DNA from: Gekko japonicus
Taxonomy: Eukaryota
Reading direction: 5' to 3'
DNA length: 64,000 nucleotides
NCBI RefSeq assembly: GCF_001447785.1
Contig: NW_015175972.1
Span: 1,840,989 to 1,904,988 of the forward strand
Positions 37,090 through 49,963 of this stretch are shown here, one piece after another. Both the position numbers and the translations under genes were made by a program. Every line of letters starts with the position of its first letter. Position 1 is the first letter of the stretch. The notes beneath the pieces are model-generated. The model did no database searches. It worked only from the letters and a program-made list of their open reading frames with translations, and was not told the DNA's origin.

Positions 37090-38329
37090 GAGTTAAGGTT
37101 AGCTGTGGGATCCCAACTCTATTGGAATACCATTTCCTGATACCCCTGTACTAAAAGAATCTTTAAAGTTTTATTTTGCAAAACGTCAGGTGCTTTTATA
37201 GCATTCGTTTACCCCGCCCTGAGCTGGCCTTGCTGGGAGGGCAGGGTAAAAATCTAATAAATTTATAGTTGGCTAATCTTATTGTGCCCTATAAATTTAT
37301 GCAACATATGAGAGTTGTATTTACAGTTGTAACAACTCAGCGGTATATATTGTATCACACTTTTAAATTCTGGATTAACTTTTATTGTAGTTTTTCCTCC
37401 TGAATCTACTCACTGTCAGTTGCGTAGGAGATTTGGAATAAGCATACATCAGAGGATTTTTTTTAAAAAAATCTCCTTAACTATACTAATGGTGGGTACT
37501 AGCAAAGCATTATAGCAAGGCTTAATTTGAATTGGGTCACAGCCACCCTGTGCTTCCATTCCATTGATCAACACAGTGGGGTATGCGTGTGGGGAGGGGG
37601 AACAGAGGAGTGCAGTATATGGAGAATACTTTTATTCCATCACAGAGATACCCTTGCATGAGATGGAATCATGTTGGGATATATTTACAAGTTACCAACG
37701 CTTTCAGTAAGTATAGAGTTAACTGATGTTTGCATGCAAATAGGATATTGCCTAGCTTCGCTGTAACCAGTTAGAAGCATAGAGATAAATTAGCCCGGGA
37801 AAAGTGTGGGTGGTAGCTAGTCTAATGAAGTGATCTGTAACCTTGCTATTGGCTGTCAATGGCTTGATTAGCAGAAATACTTTGATCATGTATGCATCTG
37901 TTTGCAACTTTTATTATAGGTCTTCCACTTTGTAAGCAAGAAGAAGCTGTTAAGCTGTTTGCCTTTTAACTGTGAACATGTAATCTGTTTAGGTCAAACA
38001 GAAACATTTGTTTTTCTCCAAAATGTAATTCCCTCCCTCATTAGCTCTAGATAAAGCATTTTTCTCTCCTAAGCAACACACCGGAGTCGGCTCTTGTTTA
38101 TTTACGCTGCTAATTAATTTAGAAAACCTTAATCAACAGATCAGGACTAAGAAACTTCTGAGCACTTTCTAGCCCGAGCACCTCAGTATCTGTGCCAAAA
38201 TGCTGTGCTTGATTTCCAAACATGGGAACTTGGAACACTTTCAGTTTTGCTTACTACAGACTAGCGTATAATCAGCTGTGCCTATCCACCCCCCACCCCC
38301 CGTTAACTGTTGCCTTTCCCCCCCAATAG

Positions 38330-38390
38330 GTTTATTCATTGGTGGTGATTCTTCCAAAAACTCCTTTGAAGGACCGTATTTCACTACCAT
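38330..38390 (+). CDS. TPRA1: TPRA1 coding exon 7
   Basis: VYSLVVILPKTPLKDRISLP(S); cccaatag / gtaagt; 61 nt. Not in the ORF track. Confidence 0.95.
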
Positions 38391-38615
38391 GTAAGTGATG
38401 AGCCTCTCTTCAAAGTAGTGTGGGGTTTTTTGTTTAGCTTTGCAGATATTAAAATGGAGACTTTCTCTATGTGGCAGTGTCAGGCTGCTCTGTTTTACAG
38501 ACAAACCCCATACACCTGTTCCTTAAAGGCCTGGAGAGGCGGCTGTGATAGTTTCAGGGCTATCATTCTCTGGTCAAGAAGGAGCTCTCTTTGGTCTGGG
38601 ACATGATGGGTGTAG

Positions 38616-38963
<348 letters not shown>

Positions 38964-40222
38964 TGAGCCCAGTTGAGTAGCAAGCCCAGTCGCTGCAAAC
39001 TCATTTATCCCAGATCAACTTTCTGAGAAGCAGCAGACATTACTTTTTCCCCGCCAAAACTTGGTAGGGGCAGGCTACAGTGGGCTCTACCCGTTTGCCC
39101 GGCTCTCTGTGCCTCTCATCACTGTGCCACGCCAAGCCACACATCTTTTTGCTCCCTTACTTGGGATCCATGGTTTATCTTTCTTCAGCAATCCCTGCCC
39201 TATTCCTTCATCCTTCTGAAGGGAGTAACAGTTTCTAATAACGAATGGGTATGTGTGTGTGATGATCATTCTGGCCAGTCTTCTCCTTTGTAGGCATAAT
39301 TCCTCGCCCATTCTTCCCTTCTGAACTCTTTGTAGAGAGATGGGGATAGTTNNNNNNNNNNNNNNNNNNNNNNNNNNNNNNNNNNNNNNNNNNNNNNNNN
39401 NNNNGTCCCTCATGCAGTGAGGAGTGCTTTGGGGGAGACAGCTGGTGGGTCAAGGGGTTGGCGCACTGTGCTCGTCACGAAGTGTTGCCACTGATCAGTA
39501 GATTAGTTTTCCACCTTCCATAAGGAGAGTGATCCCCTCTTTGGTTCTCCTGTAGAAGTAATGCTGTTAGTATGAATTCAAAAGCATCAACTCACTCTGA
39601 AAAATAAAACGGGGGAAGGCTGGAAAATCCAGTGATCAAAGGAGTCCCAGCTTTCCCACTTCTGTATCCCAAAAAGTCAAGACACTGTTATCAGCCATTT
39701 TTGTCTTTTAGTCTTAATAGCTTAGAAAACAAAGAGGACATGATAGAGGGGGTACTTTGGGACCAGTGGCCACGCCTGCTTTCCCTCCCTTTATGGCAAA
39801 GCACTGGAAACCAACACTGTGGCATTTGAATGACTGAGCCCATTAATTCAGTCTCACCCAGGAGTCTCTTGGCCTAGGGGTAATATAAAAGTTTGCGGCC
39901 AAGCTCATTTTGTGTTTGGGACAGAAACCTGTGTGTGTTATATTTCACTGGTGGCAAGAAATCTAAGACCACCTTGTGTGGGGCTGTTGTCTAGGGAGGG
40001 AGGGAAAAGGTGCCAAAACTCTGAATAAACGTGACACCTGAAAGCACTTTCTGTGATGGTGAGTTCTGTTCCTTGAGTCCTTTGAGGCTTGTAAGCCTTT
40101 GAAGAAAGGAAATCCTTCACGGAGACATGGTGTATCTGTTCCCTGGGAAAACACTGCCTTGCTAACCTCTTTTCCTCGGTTTTGCCTCTCATGGGGAATA
40201 GAACCTCTTCCTGAATATATAG

Positions 40223-40387
<165 letters not shown>

Positions 40388-40879
40388 TAAGTGGCCAAGG
40401 TTTCTAAACTGCTTTATGCCTTGTTACCTTCCCGATAGTGTGGTGCAGAGTACTTCCCACTGGCACTCTAACATTGTATGGAGTGATGTTTACAAGCCTT
40501 CAGTGAGAGAGCTTCCCTCACGCCTCCCCAGGAAGAAGCAGAAGTGGACACTGTGGTCTCGGGCCTATGAAGAAGCCTTGCTTCCTCACACCTTCCCACA
40601 TTCTGCTTGTGTTCAGTTACTCTGTTCCTCCATCTACGAAATGGGAGTGGCTTTTAACTTCATCGTAGGAATTCAGGAAGATCAGACCCTTAACATCTAT
40701 GTAAAAGTCTCACTAACTTCTACATTGCTGATAGTTCCCCTCCCCCACAGATTAATGACAGAATGACTAATGAGCATTGTTGTAGAGGCCAAGCCTGCAT
40801 TATGGCAGATCATTTTTTGCTTTTGAAATCTCAAGTCGGGTTCAGATGAAATGATTGGCAGGTGAGTTAACTTCTATAC

Positions 40880-42085
40880 ACTTGCATCAGGAATTGCCTT
40901 CTTTACCCAAAAGGGTGGGACTGGGAGGCACTGTTCTGCGGTGATTCTGGTCCTACCTCAAGGGTAGGTTTCAGAGTGTGCTCTTGGCGGACTGCTGCCC
41001 TGCCCCTTGTCCTCTGGGGTTCCTCAAGGTTCCATCTTGTCCCCCATGGTTTTCAACGTCTATGTAAAGCCAGAGATTTGGGCCGAGCTGCCACCAGTAT
41101 GCACATGTCACTCAGCTCGGTCTTGCACTGCCAGCAGATCCCAGGGAGGCTGTGGAAACCATGAACAGGTGCCTGGAGGGTGTTTTGGAATGGATGAGGG
41201 CTAACCACTTGGAACTTCATCCTGGCAAAATGGAGGTGCTACTGGTGGCAGGAAGGTCTGAGCCAGGGACTGTGTTATCCCCTGTTCTGGATGGAGTTGC
41301 ACGCTCCCTAAAGGAGCGGGTTTGTAGCTTTGGGGGGGGGGTGCTCCTGGACCCAGGCCTCCTGTTGGATAAACAGGTGGTAGCAGTGGCCGGGGTGTCT
41401 TTCAGCCGCATTAGCGGGTGAGCCCACTGTGGCCCTTCCGTGGCAGAAAAGATCTCGCCACTGTGGTACATGCCCTGGTAACATCTAGATTAGGTTCCTG
41501 CATTGCTGTCCTTGAAGACTGTCCAGGAGCTGCAGTTGGTACAGAATGCTGGGCCAGAGTATTGACTGTAATGAGTTGAAGGGACTATATCACTCTTGTC
41601 TTGTTGTATCTAGTCTGGTTTCCAGTTTGCTTCTGGGCTCAATTCAGGGTGCTGGTATTGACCTCCAAAGTCCTGTGCAGCCTGGGACCAACATGCCTCA
41701 GGGACCGCCTTCTCCTGTACGAACCAGCCTGCTCACTCTGGTCTTCCTCAGGGGGCCGGCTTGGGCTGTCCCCACCATCTGAGGCCAGATGGGTGGCGAC
41801 CTGAGAAAGGGCCTTCCCCCTCATGGCATCAAAACTTTGGAACGCCCTCTGCAGGAAGATTCTTCTGTCTCCTCCTATCAGTGTCTTTCACCGGCAGGTG
41901 AAGACTTTTTGGTTTCATCTACCATGCCTCCAATAATGGTGTTTTTTTTTTCTTGCCCTCCTTGTATCGTTTGTGTTTTTAATTGAATTTTATATTTCAT
42001 ATTTAACTGCTATTAAGTTTGCTGCCTTGTGCACCCTCATTGAGTGGAAAGGCAGCATAACAATGTTTTAAATATAATAATAATA
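40880..42085 (+). mobile_element. Degraded L2-clade LINE (RT region to 3' tail)
   Basis: Frameshifted RT motifs SGVPQGSILSPMVFNVYVKP, MNRCLEGVLEWMRANHLELHPGKMEVL and PVCFWAQFRVLVLT; ends in a (TAA)n tail. Confidence 0.8.
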
Positions 42086-42606
42086 TCTCTCCCTTACATA
42101 TAATTGAGTAAGACGCAGTATAAGACTGAGCGGAGACAAAATGCGCTCCGTCAGCCAGCTGCCGCTCAAGGCTGCTGCCATGCCATTGGCTGGGAGGCGG
42201 GAGGCGAATGCTGTGTGCGAACGGCGTGTCGTGGCGGTGATGCGCCCTCGCCGTGGCCCAATTTCCCTCCCCCACCCACCCAGTTGGAGCCCGCCGGCGG
42301 CGATTCCTTCTCCCCCCCAAACTGACGGGAGAATCTTTTGCAGGCCCCCCTGCCTCCCCCCCTTCTTCCTTCCTTCCCCCCCCACTTTCATNNNNNNNNN
42401 NNNNNNNNNNNNNNNNNNNNNNNNNNNNNNNNNNNNNNNNNNNNNNNNNNNNNNNNNNNNNNNNNNNNNNNNNNNNNNNNNNNNNNNNNNNNNNNNNNNN
42501 NNNNNNNNNNNNNNNNNNNNNNNNNNNNNNNNNNNNNNNNNNNNNNNNNNNNNNNNNCCTTTCTAGGCGCTCGTTGTCTCCGTCCACAAGGGGCTTTGCT
42601 CCCTAG
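42086..42606 (+). mobile_element. Non-autonomous Helitron (spans an assembly gap)
   Basis: Begins TC after an A (42085) and ends CTAG (42603-42606) before a T; subterminal hairpin gctcgttgt..acaaggggc; no TSD; CpG-rich. Confidence 0.7.
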
Positions 42607-43299
42607 TAATAAAATAAAGTCACAACTGGTTCCCTCATTATTGAGCTTGAAGAGCCACCGTGTGGCCACTTTGGGAACTATTCACACTAATTGAAGATTT
42701 CTTGCAAATCGCTCAAATTGCTTTTTTAATTGACAGGACTGGAATCATTTCTTCACTGTTTCCACAGGCGTGACTTGCAGACAGTGGAGATGCTTTGGCA
42801 TATCCTCTCTGCCAGTCTGTGTGGCATTAGCAAGAGCTAGCTTCTGATGCAGCTGTGTTTGGAGGGGTGGTAGTGATACTGTTCCGGGGAGACAAATACC
42901 TGGGACACCTGCCTACCACTGCTATAGAGTCATTGTGGTTAGAATGTAGAACACGGATGGACGGGGCAAGACCTGGCTCCAGATCCCTGCTTGGGCTGTG
43001 AAGCTCACTGGGTGACCATGGGCAAGCGGCTCCTGTTAGCCTAGCCTATTTTACAAGCCTGCTGTTAGGAGATACAAAATGGGGTCACTGCATCTGTGCA
43101 AGGCCACCCTGAACTTCTTGGAGGGGAAAGGTGGGGATAGAAATGTGAGGAATGTGTTTATTTACAGAATTTATAACCTGCCTTTCTGCCCTCATCAGGT
43201 CCACCAATTTATTTATTTATTTATTTATTTCGATTTCTTAACCGCCCTTCCCCGCTTACACGGGGCTCAGGGCGGTTTACAACCAAGGTAGCGAACAGA

Positions 43300-43890
43300 T
43301 TAATAACATATGTAATAAAAGCCAAACAAAAACGTTATCATTAAAACAACTAAAACCAAGCTCAAGTACACACATAAAAACATCAAAACCACAGTTAAAA
43401 CATAGGGAAGGAAAGAGGAATCACTGAGGGAACAGTAGACAAAGGTTTTGACGAGCTGGCAGAAGACAGCAACAGGAGGGGACAGGCAAGTATATTCTTT
43501 GAGGAGAGTTCCAAAGTGGTGCCATGACTGAGAAGGCCCTGCTTGATCTTAGCAGGCGGCAGTGGCATCTGAAGAGGAGTCTTTAGAAGATAACCCTGGT
43601 AGTTGACTATGTTTGTAAGGGAGTTGGCAGTCCTTTGGGTACGTCAGTCCCAAGCTATATAGGGCTTTAAAGGTCAGGATCGGCACCTTGACTTGTGACC
43701 AGAAGCAGATTGAGAGCCAGTAAATGGGCCAAGACTGGAGTGATATGATCCCTACAGCCTTCTCCACTTGATACCCTGGTTGTCCTCTTCAGTAGATATC
43801 CTGGTTGCAGCATTCTGCATCAATTGAAGTTTCTGAACGCTTTTCAAGGGTAGCCCAATGTAGAGAGCGCTGCAGTAATCTAGTGAATGA
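43300..43890 (-). mobile_element. Degraded L2-clade LINE fragment
   Basis: LDYCSALYIGLPLKSVQKLQLMQNAATR and VKVPILTFKALYSLG in minus-strand ORFs. Confidence 0.7.
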
Positions 43891-45103
43891 AAGGCTTTCT
43901 GACTGAGCTTTCCATATTCCTGGTTAGGCACCATATTGCTGTTGTCCAGTGGAGTTCAGCAACCTTTAGTTTTGCTTTAGAAAAGAAAAGTAGTTCTATC
44001 CTGCAAATTAGTATTTGTTTGAGAAAAACGGCCTAATTTAAATTAATATAATGGCATAGAGCAGAAGCCAAAATTAAGCACTTTGAAGACTCATTGATTT
44101 CATGTATGCATTTAAGCCCATGGTTTGCTCTTTCATGGAAAAAAAAAATCTATGGGATGCAAAAGCATTTCACTTCAGCTGGACTGAGCATCTGTATGAG
44201 CATTAGGTATCTGTAAACTTGATTGAGTTGTACGAGCCAAGTATCCCATGTGGCTCTGTGGTGGTAATATTGAGAGCTTCATATAGGGAAAGTAGCCCAT
44301 ACACCGTTCTGAACTGATCCACAGGCATAAAGTTACCTGCCTTGGATATAACTATCTGGTACTCTTGGTTTGAGGAGAATGTATGACGTGTGCTTAAAGC
44401 AGTTGTTCTAAAAGAGTCATTGGAGTGAAAAGGTTCCAGAAATTAGACATTCAACAAAAAAGGGACTTGCAGGTAAGGGCAGCGGAATCCTTCCCTGTCG
44501 TGCAGCTTGCTGTTTTGACATCGTTCTTCCCAAGCGCACTTCTGGTATCGGAGCCCTTTCATGCAGAGTCCCTCTTACCATTTCTGCAGAGGAAACAGAG
44601 CACCTTTCCTCTCTCGTGTAACTCTTAATGGGCTTCTGAACATTAAGAATGTAAGAAGCACTTTGCTAGATCACACATAATCCCCCTGCAGTACAGCGGA
44701 GGCCAGATAGAGGCCTCTGGCAGTTCACAAGCATGGCATGATGGTGATCACTATCCCCAGCATTTAGTATTCAGAGGCAATTTTTGCCTCTGAAAATGCA
44801 GATTCCACTTAGCTCTCTTGGCATGCTGGTAAAATTTCCTATCCCATCTGCAAATCTCATTCTAGGCTACTTCTGAATACACAGCATTGCTTCCCCATTC
44901 CTCCCCCCCCCCCTTTTCCCCACTGATTGAGTCCCAGTTTAAAATGTGGTGCTGCTACAAGAAGAAGCCCAAGGCTGGTTATATAATCTAGAAGCAAAGG
45001 GTTAGGGTAGAAAGGGAGCAGCCACAAAGGGAAACGCAAAAACTCCCAAGACAAATGTAGTGGAATATCATGGATCCTCTCTTCCCCCCCCCCCTTTTTT
45101 CTG

Positions 45104-45288
45104 GGCCATCAAGTCACATCTGACTTACAGCAACCCCATGAGGCTCTCAAGGAAAAAGATGGCCAGAGGTGGTGTGCCATTGCCTGCCTCTGAACGGTGA
45201 CCCTGGACCTCTTTGGTGGTCTCCCATCCGAATACTTAGCCCCCGAGCTCTGACGAGATTGGGCTAGCCTAGGCTATCCAGGTCATGG
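45104..45288 (-). mobile_element. 5S-derived SINE
   Basis: ggtggtctcccatccgaatact..ctgacgagattgggctagcctaggctatccaggtc; tail catggggttgctgtaagtcagatgtgact. Confidence 0.65.
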
Positions 45289-45417
45289 TGGATCCTCTTT
45301 AGTTCTGCCTGTCTTCAGATGGATGTGACCTGGCATCAAAGAACAATTCAGCTGAAATCTTTTTTTCCCCTTAGCAACTCTTTGCTACATTCTCTCCAAA
45401 ATTCTTCTTGTCGTTGA

Positions 45418-45726
<309 letters not shown>

Positions 45727-48667
45727 GGCGAACCTGGTTCCCATTTTTGAAGAAAGCATCTCTCTTGGATCCCTCAGCTTTGTCACAAATTTGCCCTTGG
45801 AATTCTTTAATGTGTTGTCTTTTTCCTTGAGGATTTTAAATATATATATATATTGAAATCCAGCTTGGAAGAAAAATCAGCTCCAGTGGCCTTCCCAGAA
45901 GCTGGCCCTTGTGCTCATGCCAGGAAAACCTAGACCAGCTTTGTTTCAAAATGCATAACTATTACACCTTTCATCTTGAACATTCCAAATATACGTGATT
46001 AGGAGTGACGGCAAACTTTTATTGATGGCGAAAAGTGCATACAGCTGGGAGTGCTTGACTATTCAACTGAACATAAAGCTGGACTATGTTTTTGATGTTC
46101 CACTTGGGTTAATTTCCTAAATAGTCCTGTTCCCAACCAGACTAAGCTCCCAGCAGAACACTGTTTGGAAAAGAAGCTAGGGGAGGATGGGACTGATCTC
46201 TGGCAGTGGCAACTGGGTGGGATTTTTGACTCTGGAGACCCTTTCTGAAAACTCTGGATACCCTTTCTGGAAAGATTTTCTAAATATTCCCATAATTGGT
46301 TGCAGGAGAGGAGTGTGTTCGTGTGCGTGTGCATAATATATATATATGTTTATAATATATATCCTGGATATTGCAAGAGGGAGGAAAAGTGGCCAGCAGG
46401 GAAAGGTCTCTGTGGAACTTGTTGCTGTGCAACTGAACCACTCTGACTGGTGGATGGGCAGCCTGGAGTTTCGTACACTGAATTAGGGCTGAGTTTGCAG
46501 CTGAAACTTAGCCAAGAGAGAGTTACCGAAAAGTGATCTGCTACTTGATGCTGACAGAGCTCCAGAGCCAGTGGGACTAGGAAGGAAAGCGTTTGCTCAG
46601 ACTGACAGCTCCAAAAGTGTTCCAGAGTACTGGCTGAGTGGAAGTATTCTGATGAGCCATGTGTTGGAGAGGCTGTGAGTGAAGATGATAGGGTTGGCAT
46701 TGGAGTGGAATATATAGGGTGGCAGTAACTTCGATGTGTAGGCTGGCAGCAGGCTGTTCAGTGTGTACCACCATTTTGCTCTCCAGTCCTATGTGCTCTT
46801 CAGCCAAGGCTAATCGTGTACTGTGTAGTACAGGTTTTTAGGATCAGATGGGACTTCCTGGAACTTGGCTTGAGGTTTTACTTGTGTGAAGCCCACAGTA
46901 CTAAGTAGCTGGCTGTTTCCTTGGCAGGTAGCCAGTCTTCTGAGGCTTGTCTGTGGGATCAGTAAAGTGAAAGAGGGCTATTCTCCAGTAATAACAAGAG
47001 GTGTTCTTGATTCTATACAGGGAGAAACTGGGGTTGGGGGAACCCCATGCCCTGAGTCTGAAGGGTATCTGTGTACGAATGCCTGGCTTTCCTCCCCATG
47101 TTCTCTCATCATGTAATTAAGCAAAAGATGAAGGAATGGGAAGGGACATTAACCGTTCTGTGTAATGGGGGAGCATATTTGTTTGAACTGTGGCTGGCCA
47201 GGAGGCAAGTGGTAACACAGTTAATTGTACAATTGAGAGTTCCAGGTACTGAGGCCGCAAGACTATCAGAGGAACATTCACAAGTTTCTTATTTGCTGTT
47301 GCTGCTAATATTTGGAGCTGGTTAGTACCAAATATCCTAGATTCTGATGATACATGGCAGAGGTCCAGTGCTTGGGTGAAGGTTCTTTGGAAACGAATGG
47401 AGCGTACTTTCCAGCCGATACCTTCAGGGACAAGGTGGAAGCTGGGCAGATCCTGCAGCTGTCCTCTTGCTAATACGTGCTTCCTCTTATGCCTGATGGT
47501 TCTGTTGTTTTGTGATATCTGCTTGGCACATCTAAATGTTTTTCTTTCTTTTTTCTTTTTGCCTTTTAAAAACTTTTTAAAATTACTCTTTCTCCCCAAA
47601 CTGATTTGATTATGTCTGCTTTGGAGAAGTTAATGCAAATGGACAGGATTGTGGTGGTGACCCAACACTTGCTGCTGCCCTAGTTTAACCTGTAGTAAAT
47701 GGAGACATTGAACACTGGCTTCATCCAGGGTTGCTCCTTTTAGAGATGTCACCTCTAGGGTGAGGTGTCTTTTTATCCTGTATGGTTTAGGCTCCAGTTG
47801 CGTGTGTTTGTTGAGTACCTGACAGGGCTGGACTGGCCTAGCCACGGTCTGTCTCTCTGACTCACGTACTTACTTACACACACCCTTTTGTAATGCACTG
47901 GATAGCAGGTAGAGCTTGGCAATGGGGCAGTCATGAGAGATGTGATGCGACTTGGTTGTTATCCAGCCATGTGTACAGGCATACCTGTCCCTTTGATAAT
48001 GTCTTGTTATCCTGAAATGAGCCAGTTCTCTGTCTTTCCATTGGCCGCAGGGCACTGGATGGGGGGGAGCAGAGGGTGTAATAATGATACCATATAAGGT
48101 ATTTTTTCCTGTCCCTGTTCAACTGGAATTAAAGATGCTTCCCTTGAGTAAGGTGGTTCCTGGATCGTGGTAAAAAGCTACTAACCCTTGACAACAAAAC
48201 ACAATTTCCTTGGATTTCTTACAGTTTATTCCAGGAATGTTCCTACAGTCTTCCCACAATCTGTAGAAAATACAAAGTACTCTGAATTACGAAGATGGAT
48301 TCCTTGAGTGATGTGAATTGGAATGAGACTGGATTTAGATCATGGTGTGCTAACCATGGTGTGTCAGATGCTGACCCATCATTAAAGGGGTGCTGGATTC
48401 TTCTACTTTCTCTTTTTGCCTCCTCGTAAATTCCAGTATTTACTCTGTACATCTTGCATTGTCTCTGCTGCTGAGGAGTTTCTGCACTAAGTGAAGGAAT
48501 TATCTCCTTCCAAGCATTGAGGTTTTTATGGGTATATAAAAATGCCTCCCAGGGGGTCAGCACACGATATGGTTCGTGAGTGTGTGTGTGTGAATACACT
48601 GCCTGTTCTGTGTGCTGTTAGAAGGGGGGCCCCTGAAAATAGAATAATGTATATTTTTTGTCTGTAA

Positions 48668-48673
48668 AATAAA
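48668..48673 (+). terminator. Probable TPRA1 polyadenylation signal (3' UTR ~2.9 kb)
   Basis: AATAAA after a long TE-poor stretch, with upstream TGTA elements and a downstream GT-rich tract (48724-48748). Confidence 0.6.
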
Positions 48674-49291
48674 TGAACTTTGACATAAACCATGATCTCC
48701 TCTCTCTCATGAAACAGACTCACTGTGTGTGTGGGGTGGGTGGGTGCGTTACATTCTGCATGTTATCCCCCCCCCCCCAACGAAGCCTGCAAATTCTTCC
48801 CCTCAAAACGAAACCAACAAAAAAAAATTGAATCTTCATTTTTAAAAAGTTGGCCGTGTTTTTAAAAAGCAGTATGGAAATGATGCAAAGTTGGAATGAC
48901 AATCTGTTTCAGTATAATTGGCTCGCCTAGCTGTTGCTGCTTGAAAGGATAGTCTACAAGGGACTGATCTTCCTCTTCCTTTCTTCTGTTGCTCCAAGAA
49001 GAATCTGGGCCTTTTTGCAGTCTTTAAAATTTTGCTGTTGTCGCGTAGCATCCCAAACAAAGTGGCTTTTCCCACTGCTGCTTGCCAAGAAGGGAACTCT
49101 TTGCTTCCTAAATGTGACTTCACATTCACACAACAAGCATGTTTGAAATGCGCTGTCTTGCCAAGGGATGGTGCACACAGCATGCTCATTATGGGATACT
49201 GACCTGATGGATTATTCTCCCCCAGTACAATGCATGATTCAGGGCTCCATGACTGACTGATTATGAAGCCCCCCCAAATGTTGTTAACTGG

Positions 49292-49832
49292 TGTCCCGCC
49301 GCGGGTTCTTCCGTGGCCATACCGGCTGCTGCGGCGGGACTGGCGCGTCCCGCGCCAACCCCTGGGACACCCCAAAAGGAACAGAGCAAGGGGAACCAGC
49401 TGGGATGCGAAGACGTTCCTATTACAGAGCCGCGGGAAAAGAGGGGGCGTGCCAGGGGCAAGAACCGGGAAGCTTTACCTTGGAGCCTCGGGGATATCGG
49501 GGGTGCTATCAAGGAGCCGGGCGAGGCAGACTCTTCCGAAGTACACCAAGAGCCTCACAGAATTAAACAGCATAGAATTAACAGAGTGAAAAGGGGAAAC
49601 AGTGGGAAAAGGGAAAAGGGGACACCTGTACCGAGGGGACTGATTGAGTGTGAACACAGGGTGTTTGAATCACTGTAATAACTGTGTGTGACATACAATA
49701 AAAAGGAATCGGGAGGTGTGAGGTGTGTTGTAACCCTCTTCCTGCCGTAACTTGAGGTGTTGGTTTCCGAACTTAAGTTGACTCCGGCGTCTGGCTTCTT
49801 TTTTCCGTATCGAGGCATCACGAATCCCGACA
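49292..49832 (+). mobile_element. Solo LTR (541 bp)
   Basis: TGTC...GACA termini; perfect 5-bp TSD ACTGG at 49287-49291 and 49833-49837; AATAAA at 49697-49702; CpG-rich. Confidence 0.85.
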
Positions 49833-49861
49833 ACTGGCTTGGAGTAAAAGGCTTCATGTGA

Positions 49862-49963
49862 TGGGAGAAGAGCAGGGTACCTATCTTATTTTATTATTAT
49901 TATTATTATTATTTTGGGAGAAGAGCAGGGTACCTATCTTTTATTTTATTATTATTATTTTTT
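49862..49963. repeat. Tandem duplication of tgggagaagagcagggtacctatctt plus (ATT)n
   Basis: Two adjacent copies visible directly in the sequence. Confidence 0.85.

Noticed and set aside
42003-42694. Long ORFs around 42.0-42.7 kb and 39.1-39.5 kb
   Set aside because: Artefacts of reading through N gaps.
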